The position numbers were made by a program, and so were the translations under genes. From positions 310,806,001-310,870,000 of the forward strand of contig OZ024743.1 of the NCBI GenBank assembly GCA_964016885.1: DNA of 64,000 nucleotides. Direction: 5' to 3'. Shown here piece after piece: positions 40,204-52,848 of the stretch; position 1 is the first letter of the stretch; each line of letters opens with the position of its first letter. A model generated the notes under the pieces. That model was not told where the DNA came from. It did not search any database and saw nothing but the letters and a program-made list of their open reading frames with translations. The stretch comes from Eledone cirrhosa (taxonomy: Eukaryota).

Positions 40204-40243
40204 CCGAGCTGAGGATCCGCTAAGGTGAAACAATTGTTCTCGG
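40204..40243 (+). ncRNA. Type-I hammerhead ribozyme motif
   Basis: ccgag-CTGAGGA-tcc gctaa ggt-GAAA-C-AATT-G-TT-ctcgg. Helix I is a perfect 5 bp, with a palindromic loop and a GUU triplet. Helix II is weak. Confidence 0.72.
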
Positions 40244-40419
40244 TATGGTGAACTAACTGTTGTGTAACCACTTCTATATATATATATAACGTTGAAAGAG
40301 ATATAAATCTAAACACTGCAAAATGGACTGTAAGATGAGGTAACGAAAAGTAAAGTTACCTAGTAATCTTTGTTTTGTTTTGTAGTTGTTGTTCTTTTAT
40401 CTGTCCAATATTTCGCTGC

Positions 40420-42900
40420 TATAAATCGATGTTATCACAGCCGCCTCAAGAAACGCCTGAAACGAAAATTCCCATGGCTTTGCAAGAAACACCACCGGAA
40501 CAACAATTCTTCACACTACAACAACAAAGAAAGTCATGGAACTACCACCACTGAGATCACCGACACTTCAAACAATACCACAACTCTTGTCACAAACTTG
40601 ACAAGATCGCTATCACACCAAGAACTTAAACTCCTCAGTTTTGCCCCAAAATTTATATTAAGTCAGCGAATAGACGACGCGATGAAACTAAATCTTGAAG
40701 TCAGCTTTTCCCGAGCTGCCTACCAACTCAAATGGCTCTCAGTAATAAATACTACTACTGTGATGAACAGCACTAAATTTCATATATACCGATTATACCA
40801 CCCACTCTCTCCACCGCCTATCAACCGAGAGCTCGACCTCAAACTCTCTAGACTTAAGCAGTCTATTTTTAGTATATTTCTGAAACATAAGAAGGTACTC
40901 CCTAACCTCTCCAGGAAAGAACACATCATTCTAAACAACATGCGAGAGAAGGATCGGAAACCCCCTCTCGACAAAGGGAAAGAATTCTTCCTCATCGCGA
41001 GAGACACATACAACAGTGAACTATATACAGATATGACAGACATAGCTGCATCCCAGATTGAAGATCATATCAACATCACCGGGACGGATATCTGCAGACG
41101 TAGACAATTTCCTAACAAATATGAAAACAACCTCACCACCAGAAACAGCTGATTACCAACGTTCTACCACCTCATTAAACCCCACAAAACCAGTGTTAAT
41201 CTACAAATTAGACCAATTGTCTCGAGTATAGAAGGACCCCTCTATAAAATTTCCTGGTTCCTCTCCCAGACCCTCAAGCCTATGCTTGCTACTTTTCCTG
41301 GACATGTCAGCAGCTCCGATGAAGACATACAAAGATTACATCAATTAGAACCTAACCAACTTAAACTCAACAGATATGCCTTTAGGCTCGACATTGTCTG
41401 GCTCTACATGGCAGTACCCGCTCATCCAGCGGTCAACCTAGTGATCGACTGCATCATTTCATACAGCATATACTGCTTCGAACTCACTCCACAAGACATA
41501 CATCAGCTTCTATCCGTCATCGTAGAAAATACATATTTCACTTTCCACCACCACACATCATACAAACAAACAACAGGCCGACCCATGGGGCTGAGTCTTT
41601 CAGGCTTTCTAGCAATCACCTATATGAACCAACTGGAACGTCGTGAACTCAACACCTGCCACTCCAGTATTTTCTTCATCCGATACATAGATGATATATT
41701 CATTCTCACATCATCCCGTGAACAGACAGACATAACATCTACGGCATTTTCAAACACAGATACAACATACTATTTACCACAGAACACCCAGATAAAAATG
41801 GTTCCTTGTCTCTGCTGGACTTCTAACTTAGAGTAACATATGAAGGTACTATATACACCAACTGCTATAGGAACGCTACAAGCATAGACCTGTTTGTTTA
41901 TTATAGATCAGCCCTTCCCCTTGGTGCTAGAACCGGATTCAGAAGAAATGAACTTACGCGTATCTGGAATAAATGTGGCGAGACAGAGGACCAGATCTCT
42001 CACAGTGTACAATTTATAGATGTACTGAAGACGAACGGAGTCCCAACACCCACAATGAATCGACTTAAGAATCAAAGGCACCGCAGGTATAACACCGCCT
42101 CTAACCTTTGCTTCATGAAATTACCGCATTGCAGCTAAGGCATAACCACAGTTATCCGCAGAGCTATCAGCAAAAAAGGACTGTGCATAGAGTTAGGACA
42201 CTCTTGCCCTTCCCTGCGTGGACACCGGTCTAAAAAGCAATCCAGAGACAACAACAATCAATGCCCGCTGACTAACTACCCTATCCGCGATACAGGTATG
42301 TGCCAGCGGACACATGTGGTATACCGGACTGAATGTAAGAAATGGAAGGAGTCCTACATTGGAAGCACGACTCGAGCAATCCACACTCGCATTAAATAAC
42401 ACCTCAACACACGCGCATCCTCATTCAAAAAGCACATTGACAAATGTAGAAACATCAAACAATATATTACCGTTACCATTAAAGCCAGTGATAGAAATGT
42501 GGTCAACTTAAGAATTAAGAAAGCTTTGCTCATACGTAGACTCAACCCTCAAATAAATAATAGATTAGAACTCAGCACACAGTACTTGATATAAAAAGAC
42601 ACACCCACAGACACACAAACTAAACATCTCATACAAAAAGGAAAATTGATTTCGCGAAATACTACATTGCCAATTGACGTCATTCACGTGGATACCGAAG
42701 TAACCATCTAAAAACACTTGAAAACGACTTAGAAAAAATTTTAATCAAAATCAAAATTTCCCAAAGAGAAGAATTTGGAACGCTATCCAGTGAAGATTCC
42801 TTAAACCCGGATGAAGGGACTATTATGTCCCGAAATATTGAACATATTAAACAACAACAACAACAAAAACAAAACAAAGATTACCAGGTAACTTACTTTT
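40420..42900 (+). mobile_element. Degenerate Penelope/Poseidon-like PLE (RT, GIY-YIG and 3' region with a decayed hammerhead)
   Basis: Motifs include LLSFAPKF, PNLSRKE, DKGKEF, FYHLIKPHK...RPIVS, GRPMGLSLSGFLA and RYIDDIF. The EN reads VVYRTEC...YIGSTTRAIHTRIK. There are multiple stops and frameshifts. Confidence 0.85.
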
Positions 42901-43024
42901 ACTTTTCGTTACTTCATCTTACAGTCCATTTTGCATTGTTTAGCCTTCTACCTCTTTCAACGTTCTATATTACATACAATGTTTCAAGCAAACTATTACA
43001 TTTTATTATATATATATATATAAG

Positions 43025-43212
43025 GGCGGTGAATTTGCAGTATCGGTAGAGGGTTGGACACCATGCTTTCTAGCATAGTTATATCCCTTTACGGTCTGAG
43101 TTCAAATCCCGTCGAGGTTAACTTTGCCTTTCATCCTTACGGGGGTCGATAAAATAAAGTACCAGTAATGTACTGGGTAATTGCTGGCCTTGTGCCAAAA
43201 GTAGAAACAATT
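43025..43212 (+). mobile_element. tRNA-derived SINE
   Basis: Family consensus. Confidence 0.92.
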
Positions 43213-43883
43213 ATATATATATATATTTGTTTGATTTTGTATCATTCATGGCATCCTTTACTTTGAATATAATATAATAATAATGATAATAATATATATA
43301 TATATGTGTGTGTGTGTGTGTAATATTCATTGCTAATATAATTTTATCCAAGCCATTTCATCTTGTAATGAAATTTAAACGACTGCATGTTGTTGCATAT
43401 TTTTCTTCTATCGTATTTCAAATAGGAAAATCGATAACATTCTCGAAAACAAGTAAAATATCTAAGAAATCGGAGTGTTTAGCACTAAATTTGTGTCGAA
43501 ACTCAAATCAGGTTTCTGTATTAATAGTTTGACTCCGAGATAATACAGATTGGAAGTCAATTCAAAATTTGTGGGGAACTTTAAATTATATTTCTGCTTC
43601 ACTTGAAATAAAACTGATTTTATCATTCATGCTTTTTGCTTCTGCTTCATTTGAATTTTTACGTTAACTTTTATTGTTGAAAGACACTTTCATTAAACCC
43701 TGGTCTTAAGGTAACAGAAATTATCAAAGTGATGTCAAGTATTATAAATCTCTTAAACCCGATGTAATCCCCTCATCTGAATTTCCTGTTATTTATGGTC
43801 AGCTGATAGTCAGTTTTATCCAATATTGTTGAATAATCAAACAGCAGTGAAATCTGTGACCACCGTTACTTAACAGCATCCAT

Positions 43884-44940
43884 CGGTGAATTGGCAGTAT
43901 CAGTAGAGGGTTGGACGCCATGCTTTCTAGCATAGTTACGTCCCTTTACAGTCTAGGTTCAAATCCCGCCGAGGTTAACTTTGCCTTTCATCCTTACGGG
44001 GTCGATAAAATAAAGTACCAGTAATGCACTAGGTAATTGCTGGCCTTGTGCAACAATTAATTACAATGAAAATCCTTTCCGGATGTTTATTATTACCAAA
44101 GTATATAGAGCTTAAGGCGTTATTCGTATGAATAACTTCTAATGCAAAACGAAACGAGGGTGGTGGATTGGCAGTATCGGTAGAGGGTCGGACGCCATGC
44201 TTTGCAGCATAGAGTTACGGCTCTTTATGATCTGAGCTCAAATGCCGCCGAGGTTAACTTTGGGGTCGATAAAATAAAGTACCAGTCACGCACTGGGGTC
44301 GATTTAATCGACTTTCCCCTCCCCCAAATTAGTGGCCTTGTGCCTATATAAGAAACCATCATTTACAAAACGAAGCGAGGGCGGTGGATTTGCAGAATCG
44401 GTAGAGGATCGGAGAGCCATGCTTTCCAGCATAGTTACGTCCCTTTACGATCTGAGTTCAAATCCCGCCGAGGTTGACTTTGCCTTTCATCCTTACGGGG
44501 TCGATAAAATAAAGAACCAGTAGTGCACTGGGATAATTGCTGGCTTTGTGCCTAAAGTAGAAACAATTATTTACAAAACGAAACTACTATATCAAAATAT
44601 CTGGTCCTGTCACAATATTTAACGGTTCATGCGTTTACAAATAAATACATTTTATTTTAAGCTAGAATGCTATTGATATGGTGGCGTTGATGTGGAAGAA
44701 TCGTCAGGACATCGGATAGAATCCTTTGCTGTATTCGTTCCGGCTCCCTGTTTTCTGAGTTCCAATCCCACCTAGGTCGATAAAAATAGCACCGATATAG
44801 TAATGTGGTCGATTCTTCCTCTATATCTCTTTCTCATTTCCATTATCTCATTCTCTATCCTTCTCTGGAAGAAATCTGCTGTCTTTTTATCTGGAGAGGA
44901 GATGGTGTCTACCAGGTTTTAAAATACACTAGGAACGCCA
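43884..44940 (+). mobile_element. Cluster of four SINE copies
   Basis: Copies at 43884-44058, 44158-44360 (variant with a ggggtcgatttaatcgac segment), 44379-44568 (TSD atttacaaaacgaa) and about 44680-44940 (old). Confidence 0.88.
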
Positions 44941-45524
44941 GGAGTTAAGTTATTGATATACGAATACACTGAATAATGTGTTTCAGGTTCATATTAACTT
45001 TACCCACAAACGTATAGACTCGTGTAGCAAATCACGCATATACATTTCTCTCCATCTGACTTGACATCACCACTAGGAGTTTGGATGGCTTTAGTGGAGT
45101 TTCCTGTGTTATAAGCATTTTGACCAGGTTTCCTGTCTCAGAATACCGTCTCCGCTCCCTCTCGACTGGGTCGAAAACCCTGAAAATATTTAAAGGCCAC
45201 AATTCTATCCCTGACTAAACACTAGGAAAAAATACATTTTTCTGCATTATAGAAATCCCTCAAATTTCTAAGCCTACTATCTAAGTATGTATTTTATATA
45301 CGTATAATAGAGGCATGTAGGTGGTAACTAAACACGTCAGAAATATCAGCATATTCTCCCTCAAATGACACCGTTCGTTCTTTATCACTTTCATACAATA
45401 TACTAGACATCACCGGCTGGGTATTCTGATCATGCATGAATATATAACTAAATGAATACAATAGTTATTTAAGTGAGTAATTACTGTTAGTCGAACAACA
45501 TGCTTTGTGGGATATAGTGACTTC

Positions 45525-46115
45525 CCTTTACGTTCTGAGTTCAAATTGCGCGAGGTTATCTTTGCGTTTAATCTTTACGAGGTCGATAAAATAAAGTACT
45601 ACTAATGCACTAGGGTCGATTTAATCGATTTTCGTTTTCCCCAAAATTGATGGCGTTATTGTACCTAAATCAGAAACCATTATTTCACATAATGGCGGTG
45701 GATTGGCAGTATCGGTAGAAGGTCGGACGCCATGATTTCCAGCATAGTTACGTCCCTTTACGGTCTGAGTTCAAATCCCGCCGAGGTTGACTTTGCCTTT
45801 CATCCTTACGGGGTCGATAAAATAAAGTACCAGTAATGCACTGGGTAATTTGCTGGCCTTATGCCTAAAGTAGAAACAATTATTTCACATAATGAGGGTA
45901 GTGGATTGGCAGTATTGGTAGAGCGTCGGGCACCATTCTTCGCGGCATAAAGTTTCGATCCTTTTCGTTCTGTGTTCAAATACTGCCAATCTTAGGTTTG
46001 ATGTTCATCCCAACGGGGTTGATAAAATAGAGTACCAGTAATGCACTGGTGCCAATTTAATTGACTTTCCTCTCCCAACCGAAAAAATCTTGGCAGTGTG
46101 CCTAAATAAAAAAAC
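45525..46115 (+). mobile_element. Three head-to-tail SINE copies
   Basis: Copies at 45525-45680 (old), 45694-45881 (young, TSD attatttcacataatg) and 45896-46115 (old). Confidence 0.88.
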
Positions 46116-46298
46116 AATATTATTTTAGGAATAATTATGAAAGCGAAATGATCGGAGGAACGCTGTAGGTTTTAAGTTGATGAATATATAAATCATTACT
46201 ATACTAATAAATCAGGAACTTTTATAGTTATTAATGCATAAATATAAAAATAAATGGAGTAATAAATAAAACAATCGGACAGAGCGTTCTAATTAAAT

Positions 46299-46552
46299 AA
46301 TTGTTTCTACTTTTGGCACAAGGCCAGCAATTACCCAGTACATTACTGGTACTAATTAAATAATAATTGTTTCTACTTTAGGCACAAGGCCAGCAATTAC
46401 CCAGTGCATTACTGGTACTTTATTTTATCGACCCCGTAAGGATGAAAGGTAAAGTCAACCTCGGCGGGATTTGAACTCAGATCGTAAAGGGACGTAACTA
46501 TGGTGGAAAGCATGGCGTCCGACCCTCTACCGATACTGCCAATCCACCGCCC
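46299..46552 (-). mobile_element. SINE tail fragment plus full SINE with TSD
   Basis: 46299-46352 is a 3' tail only. 46365-46552 is a full copy flanked by actaattaaataat. Confidence 0.9.
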
Positions 46553-46718
46553 TTACTAATTAAATAATAATAATTGTAATACTATAAGCCAATGATTCTC
46601 AGAACACTATATAATATGTTGGGTTTTGTTATTTTTTGGGGAGGGTTTCATACTTGATTGACTAGATTACGATTGTACGTTTAAATATATGGATGTAGCA
46701 AATATTATGATAATGCAC

Positions 46719-46761
<43 letters not shown>

Positions 46762-46784
46762 TATACATGCATATATATATATAC

Positions 46785-46815
<31 letters not shown>

Positions 46816-46826
46816 CATACACACAC

Positions 46827-46897
<71 letters not shown>

Positions 46898-47093
46898 CGC
46901 TTATATAAGAACTGTATTGAGTGAGGAGCCGTAGCCAGAGGTTTAAATTTATTACATGAAAATCAGGACCAAATAATAAACCAAATATTTTTATGATTGA
47001 ATGGTTATTTGCAATCATAATGATTTGGTGAATAACTAGGAATATAATTAGTTAATAATTATTGAACCATTAATTCAGGAAGAATTCCTTTAA

Positions 47094-47129
47094 TTTCTTC
47101 TTCTTCTTCTTCTTCTTCTTCTTCTTCTT

Positions 47130-47160
<31 letters not shown>

Positions 47161-47216
47161 TTCTTCTTCTTCTTCTCCTTATTATTATTATTATTATTAT
47201 TATTGTTATTGTTATT
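47094..47216. repeat. (TTC)n plus (TTA)n microsatellite at the 3' end of the third RLE LINE
   Basis: Direct observation. Confidence 0.96.
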
Positions 47217-50200
47217 CCTTGAATCTCAGTCATTGATGTTGGTTAACTGGAAAGTCCGTTGGATTGAATATCAAGCCACTACCTGCAGCCTCAGATATTC
47301 AGGACGTATCGGAGGGTTCTTGCTGTTCCAACAAGCGTGAAGGGGCCGATTTTCTTTAACCATCCCTGGAAACTTTTGGAGATAGTCCCCAGTGCGCCTA
47401 TGACAATCGGGATCACTTTGACTTCATGGCAGTTCCAAATCCTTTTCACCTCCCACTTTAGGTCCTGGTATCGGTTAATTTTCTCCCTCTCCTTCTCTTG
47501 CACTCTCGTGTCGAACGGGCAGGCCACATCCACAATCAGGCACGATCTTTTTTCTTTGTCCACAACCACCAGGTCAGGTCTATTGTGTTCCAGTTTTTTG
47601 TCCGTCTGTATCCTAAAATCCCACAGCACCGTCACCTGATTGTTCTCCATCACCGCCTCTGGCCTATGCTCATACCATTTCTCAGAATGGGGTAAATTGT
47701 TTACTTTGCACAGGTGCCAGTGGATCACCCTGCCCATCACATCGTGTCTCCAGCCCTTATAGTGGGTCTGGGCTAGGTGTTTACACTCGGACACAATGTG
47801 AGCCACAGTCTCCTCTCTCTCTCCACAGATCCTGCACAGTGGGCTAGCCTCCTCCTTGTAGATATGGTGCTTCAACCACTTCGTTTTGAGGGCCTGCTCC
47901 TGCGCAGCCATTAGCATTCCTTCTGTAGCCTTTTTGAGGTCTCCTCTTCTCAACCAGTTCCATGTCTGTGGATCTCTAAATTCAGTTTTCTCAAAGAAGG
48001 TACTATGAAGGGATTTTCCCTTAAGGCTGCTCTTCCTCCTTGATGTTATTTCCTCCTTGGACATCCCCTGGCCTACTGTCCCCTCCTTCAGTACAGTTCT
48101 GAGCATTGGCTCCTTACTATAGGTCACGTATTTGTATAGGTTGTTTTTCTCCATCTGAACACAGTCCTCTATGCTGATAAGACCTCTTCCACCCTCAGAT
48201 CTCCTTAGGTAGAGTCTATCGACATCACTCCTCTTGTGGAACATGTTGTAGATAGTCAATAGCTTCCTAGTCTTCCTATCCATTTCTTTTTGTTCAGCAA
48301 CATTCCATCTCAGAATTCCCGCACTGTACCTAATAATAGACACAGCTCGGGAATTTACTGCGCTTATGGCATTTCTGCTGTTCAGATGTGACTTCAATAC
48401 GCTCCTTACTCTCCGAATGTATTCAGTTCTTAACAATTCCTTCATTTTTTTGTTCTTTATGCCATCAGCCTCCAGAACGCCCAAATACTTGTATCCTTCC
48501 TCAGAGTCAATTTCCTTTATCATCTCACCTGTTGGTATCTGGATCCCGTTACTTCTGCTCAACCTACCCCTCTTCATCACAATGACTCCACATTTACCAA
48601 TACCAAACTGCATACATATATCACTGCTGAAAATACGGACAGTGTCAACAAGCACATCCAACTCCTTCTCACTTTTCCCGAAGAGCTTAAGATCGTCCAT
48701 GAAGAGGAGGTGATTGATGGTAAGCTCTCCCCTTCCCAACTTGTATCCTGCTCTCACTTTTCGCAGCATAATGGTCAAGGGCATCAGGGCAAGGACAAAC
48801 AACAGAGGGGACAGGCTATCTCCCTGGAAGATACCTCTCTTGATCTTCACGCTTCCCAAGGATACTCCAGTTGATGTCAACTCTGTCTCCCAGGACCCCA
48901 TACTCCTGCCTAGCAACTGTCTGATGTTATCTGCCACCCTGAAGATCTCCAGGCTTTTGGTGATCCAGGAATGAGGCACCATGTCAAATGCCTTTCTGTA
49001 GTCTATCCATCCCATGGCAAGATCAGTGTGTCTCCTCCTGCAATTCCCCATTACCATCTTATCAATAAGTAACTGGTCATTTGTACCACGTGACTTCTTT
49101 CGGCATCCTTTCTGTTCGTCCGGTAACAAGTTGTTTGTGTGGAGGTGATGGTAGATTTCCTCAGACACAATGCTCGTCAACAGTTTCCACATTACGGACA
49201 GACATGTGATAGGTCTATAGTTGGTAACATCATTACCCTTGATTCGGTCTTTCATTATCAGAACTGTGGTACCTTTTGTCAACCACTCTGGCACCTCACC
49301 CGACACCAAGCAGTCATTGAACATGGCCGTCAGCTTCGGGTGGAGGGATGTTAAATGTTTAATCCAATACCCCTGCACACCATCTGGGCCTGGTGATTTC
49401 CAGTTGGTTAGTTTTTTGGCCTGCCCCTTAAGAGTTTTAACTGTGATACTCAAATCTGTTTGTTGTTGTGCCTGCTCACCGATCTCCCTCTGTACTGTCT
49501 CAATCTACCCTGCCTGGGCATTGTGTCTAACATCCTGCTCCCATATTCCTCTCCAGAATGTTTTAGTTTGCTACGCCCTAGGGATCAAGTCGTTGCCTCT
49601 TTCTTTCCCCTCAAGCTGTCCAAACAGCATCTTCTGGTTGTTGTCGAACATGCGGTTCTGTTTATACTGACTGACTCTGTTCTCGTATCGCCTGATTTTT
49701 GCACTCTTTGCTACAATGCGTTGCTTCAGTTCCTCTATGATAATATTTAGCTTTTTCCTTCTAGTTTTGTATTTTATTTCCAGTCTATTTTTAGTGCCTA
49801 TGTTTTTTAGTGTCCCATTCAGTAGTGACTCAAGCTTTCCTATGTCATTTCTCATTTCCCCGATTTGCCCACTCATTCGCTTCTTCCACCACGACTCTGC
49901 TCTTTCTTGTCTGTTGTTTCCTCTCGCTTTTATACCAAGTAGTTTCCTCACCGTATTTGCTGTTGCTTTGAGGATATTGTTGCACTGGTGAAGGCTCCTC
50001 GCCTCAAGGTATGGGATGACTTTGTTTACCTTAGCTGTTGTTTCTTTTAACTTTTTCCTGTCTACAAATCTTAGGTTCATAGGTCTCCCACTATCATTGT
50101 TCAATTCATCTACCACTAAATTTAGGATGTCAACCGAATCTTGTCCTAGCCCGTCAGCATTCATCTCCTCAGTGGCCGTATCTCTGTTCCAGGTATTATT

Positions 50201-50790
50201 TATCTCAGTATTCAGGTCATTGTCTGCTTCGGGTGGTTCCTCCGTTCTCAGGACCTCTTCACCTTCATTTCCCACTGGCTCGCTTGTCTGGCATACTACA
50301 CCCGCCATCTCCAAGCCATTCTCTCTGCTCAGTTCCTCCAGTTCCAGCTCGCTTATCCATCCATTAGTTCTTATTACCCGAGCCTGCCCGGCCAATTTTT
50401 GTTCATCTAATTTAAATAAACCAATCTCGTTCCAGATGTTATGCATCCGTCTCCTGTAGCCCCTCTCCTTGGGGTTACTTTTCAGGTAACATTGCATAAC
50501 AGTTCTATTCAATTCTTTCGTCCAGTTGGTTCTGGCCCCTTTCCTTCTTCTCCTTCCTCCAACATCAGCAGTATTTGGTTGACAGTCAGGTTCCTGCTGC
50601 TGAGCCAGGGGGCACCTGTTGGGTGAGAGTCTGTCACATGACGTTCTAGTCTCCATTTCACCGTTATTCGAACTGTTTATGTTCGATATTTAAACACTCT
50701 TATCGAGGATTGGCGAATGTATGGTTACATATCCATCTGTGGATCCGCCATTCCACTTGGCCCTTGTGTGGCATTATCACCACGCTGTAT
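47217..50790 (-). mobile_element. Second R4/Dong-type RLE LINE family, full length with one in-frame stop
   Basis: ORFs 49571-50656 and 47291-49453 are in the same frame (offset 1203), separated by one TAG at 49571-49573. Motifs are WKSPGPDG, NYRPITCL, GIFQGDSLSP, FMDDLKL, CRICGEREETVAHIVSEC, RPDLVV..D and EKINRYQDL. Confidence 0.93.
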
Positions 50791-51229
50791 ACGAACACAC
50801 ATAAACAAACAAACACACAGGCAGAAAGGGCCCCAAAAATGAATAAGCATAAGTTTCATTGTAATGTAGTGTTCGAATGTCTGACTTAGTTTTTGTTTTT
50901 TAAGTTTTAGTTTTTCCCCCCTCTTCTCTGTCCGTCCGCCTGCTTCTCTCTTCATTCTTATTTTCTTTACGTTTTTTTTTTTTTGTTTTTTTTTTTTTTG
51001 TTTTTCTCTGTTTGTTTTTCTCGTTTTTTTTGCTGTTGTTGCTGTGCTGCTTTGGTTTTGTTGTTTGTTTTTTCTTTTTTCTTTTGAGTCTATCTATATA
51101 TTTTGATGCCTTCCTCTTTTTTAGCAGTAGGGATTCTATAATGTGGTGGCAGCAGCCAGCTGAAGAAGTGGGAGACTGGCGGCGGTAGCGATACTGAGAC
51201 AGTGGTGGTGGTGATGTGACCGTATTACT

Positions 51230-51632
51230 GTAGTGATGGTGCTGTAGCGGTGGTAGCAGTGAAGGAGTGAAGGGGTGGTGGCGGCGGTGATGGGATAATG
51301 GTTGTAATGATGGCCGTAGTGAGCGGTGGTGGTTTACTGTACACAGGTGATGGGGTGGGTGGTGTATCTAGTTTCTGGTGTTGGTGAGTTTGGCTGTTCT
51401 ATATAGTGTAGACAGAGGAGAGGAGGGGGGGGGTTCTTCTTCCATTTATAGCCATTTTCTTTTTTGGATATACAGTGTACAATACAAAGTTGAATATTTG
51501 AATATTTGAGCCTTATAACAATATATTTTGGGTCCGAATTTTTTGGGGCTCAAGCTGGGTGCTTTACGTAGCATTTGTACTAAGAGTTGTTATTTCACAA
51601 ATGATTTAAATATGTTAAAAATTCAAAACTTA
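51230..51632. repeat. Interspersed repeat, copy of 30290-30910
   Basis: Shared sequence blocks, also followed by a (TTA)n array (51683-51740). Confidence 0.75.
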
Positions 51633-51682
51633 CGGGAGCGATTTCATGACCTCCGTCACCTCGTGCGTCTTCTTCTTCTTAC

Positions 51683-51741
<59 letters not shown>

Positions 51742-52039
51742 GCAACCTACGTAGGAATTCGTATCATCGTGAGCTCTGCAAAGGTTTGTTGTTTTCGTTT
51801 GTTTAAAATTGCCATTTATGGAAAATCTTTGTTGTTAACTGTTTATAAGGTCACAAAATTTGCTTTCGGAAAAGGACACTCAAAAATATTCGGGCCTTGA
51901 GCCCAAAATTTAAACTTTTATAATTATCAAACAAAAAAATTTCTTTGAAAAATCATGGACGACTCACAGCCACACCTTCCTCACAAACTAACACCTCACA
52001 AGCTTTGGGCCTCGACGAAGTGGAACTGTTCAGTCTGTT

Positions 52040-52812
52040 CCGGAGGAGTTTCTAGCCGGGGTCGATTGACAATTTCCAGAAATCCCTTGCTTGGCAGTGC
52101 TACCGGGGGACACTGCCGGTTCGGGATAAACTCTATAGGCACGGAAGTGCTGTCAAACGGACCTGTCCGAGCGCCGAAACCGTTCTGCACGCACTTGTCC
52201 AATGTCCGTGCAATACTGACTTGTTGAGTTATGTCGAACAGCTATTGTCGCGTGTAAAACAGATCCGGCTATTGGCCGAGTCGACAGTGAAGATCAATCT
52301 GCCGCCTTCCTTTGGCCGGGCAGAGCAGGCAATTTTCTTCTGTCTGGTGGCAGTTGCGAAAGAGGTTATATGGTGGACCAGATTGAAAGGACTGAAAACC
52401 GACACTTTTTTCTTCGGCCAATCCCTCATCAACCTCTTCAAGTTTCACCTGGAAAAGAAGGTGAGGGTGGAGAGAGAAGTACTGCCCCCCCCCCCCCCCC
52501 CAGTAAATTTACTAAAAGTCGGATTATGTGGATATAGGCTAACTAATTTGGGGAGGAGACGGGTTGTCTCCACCGATGTCCTAGAAGCGCAGGGTGGTTC
52601 AGGATTGGTGGGGTACCTGAGTCACCCCTGAGTCGTCCACCCCCCTATAGGGGAATTTATTTTGTTATATTTATGCATAGTTTATTTTATATTTTTATAT
52701 ATTCATTGTTAAATTAGTCTTGCCATTGTGCACTTTTACTCGACCTTATTGTAAACACCCATTGTCTGTATCTTTGTATTGTACCCTACATGTCGGCCCT
52801 TGTGGCCAATAA
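52040..52812 (+). mobile_element. L1/Tx1-like LINE 3' fragment (zf-RVT region and 3' UTR)
   Basis: QKSLAWQCYRGTLPVRDKLYRHG...CP..ETVLHALVQCP...AVAKEVIWWTRLK...KKVRVERE, ending near an aataa signal. Confidence 0.72.
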
Positions 52813-52848
52813 GTGAGATCTTTATTATTACTTTTATTATCATCATCA

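Larger units (their letters stand above)
40063..40276. repeat. ~77-bp inverted repeat (PLE pseudo-LTR-like) with a (TAACCATA)n spacer
   Basis: 40063-40139 is the reverse complement of 40200-40276 with about 3 mismatches. Confidence 0.92.

Noticed and set aside
43025-46552. CRISPR-like or regularly spaced array
   Set aside because: The units are ~190-bp SINEs at irregular spacing and in both orientations, in eukaryotic DNA with no cas genes.
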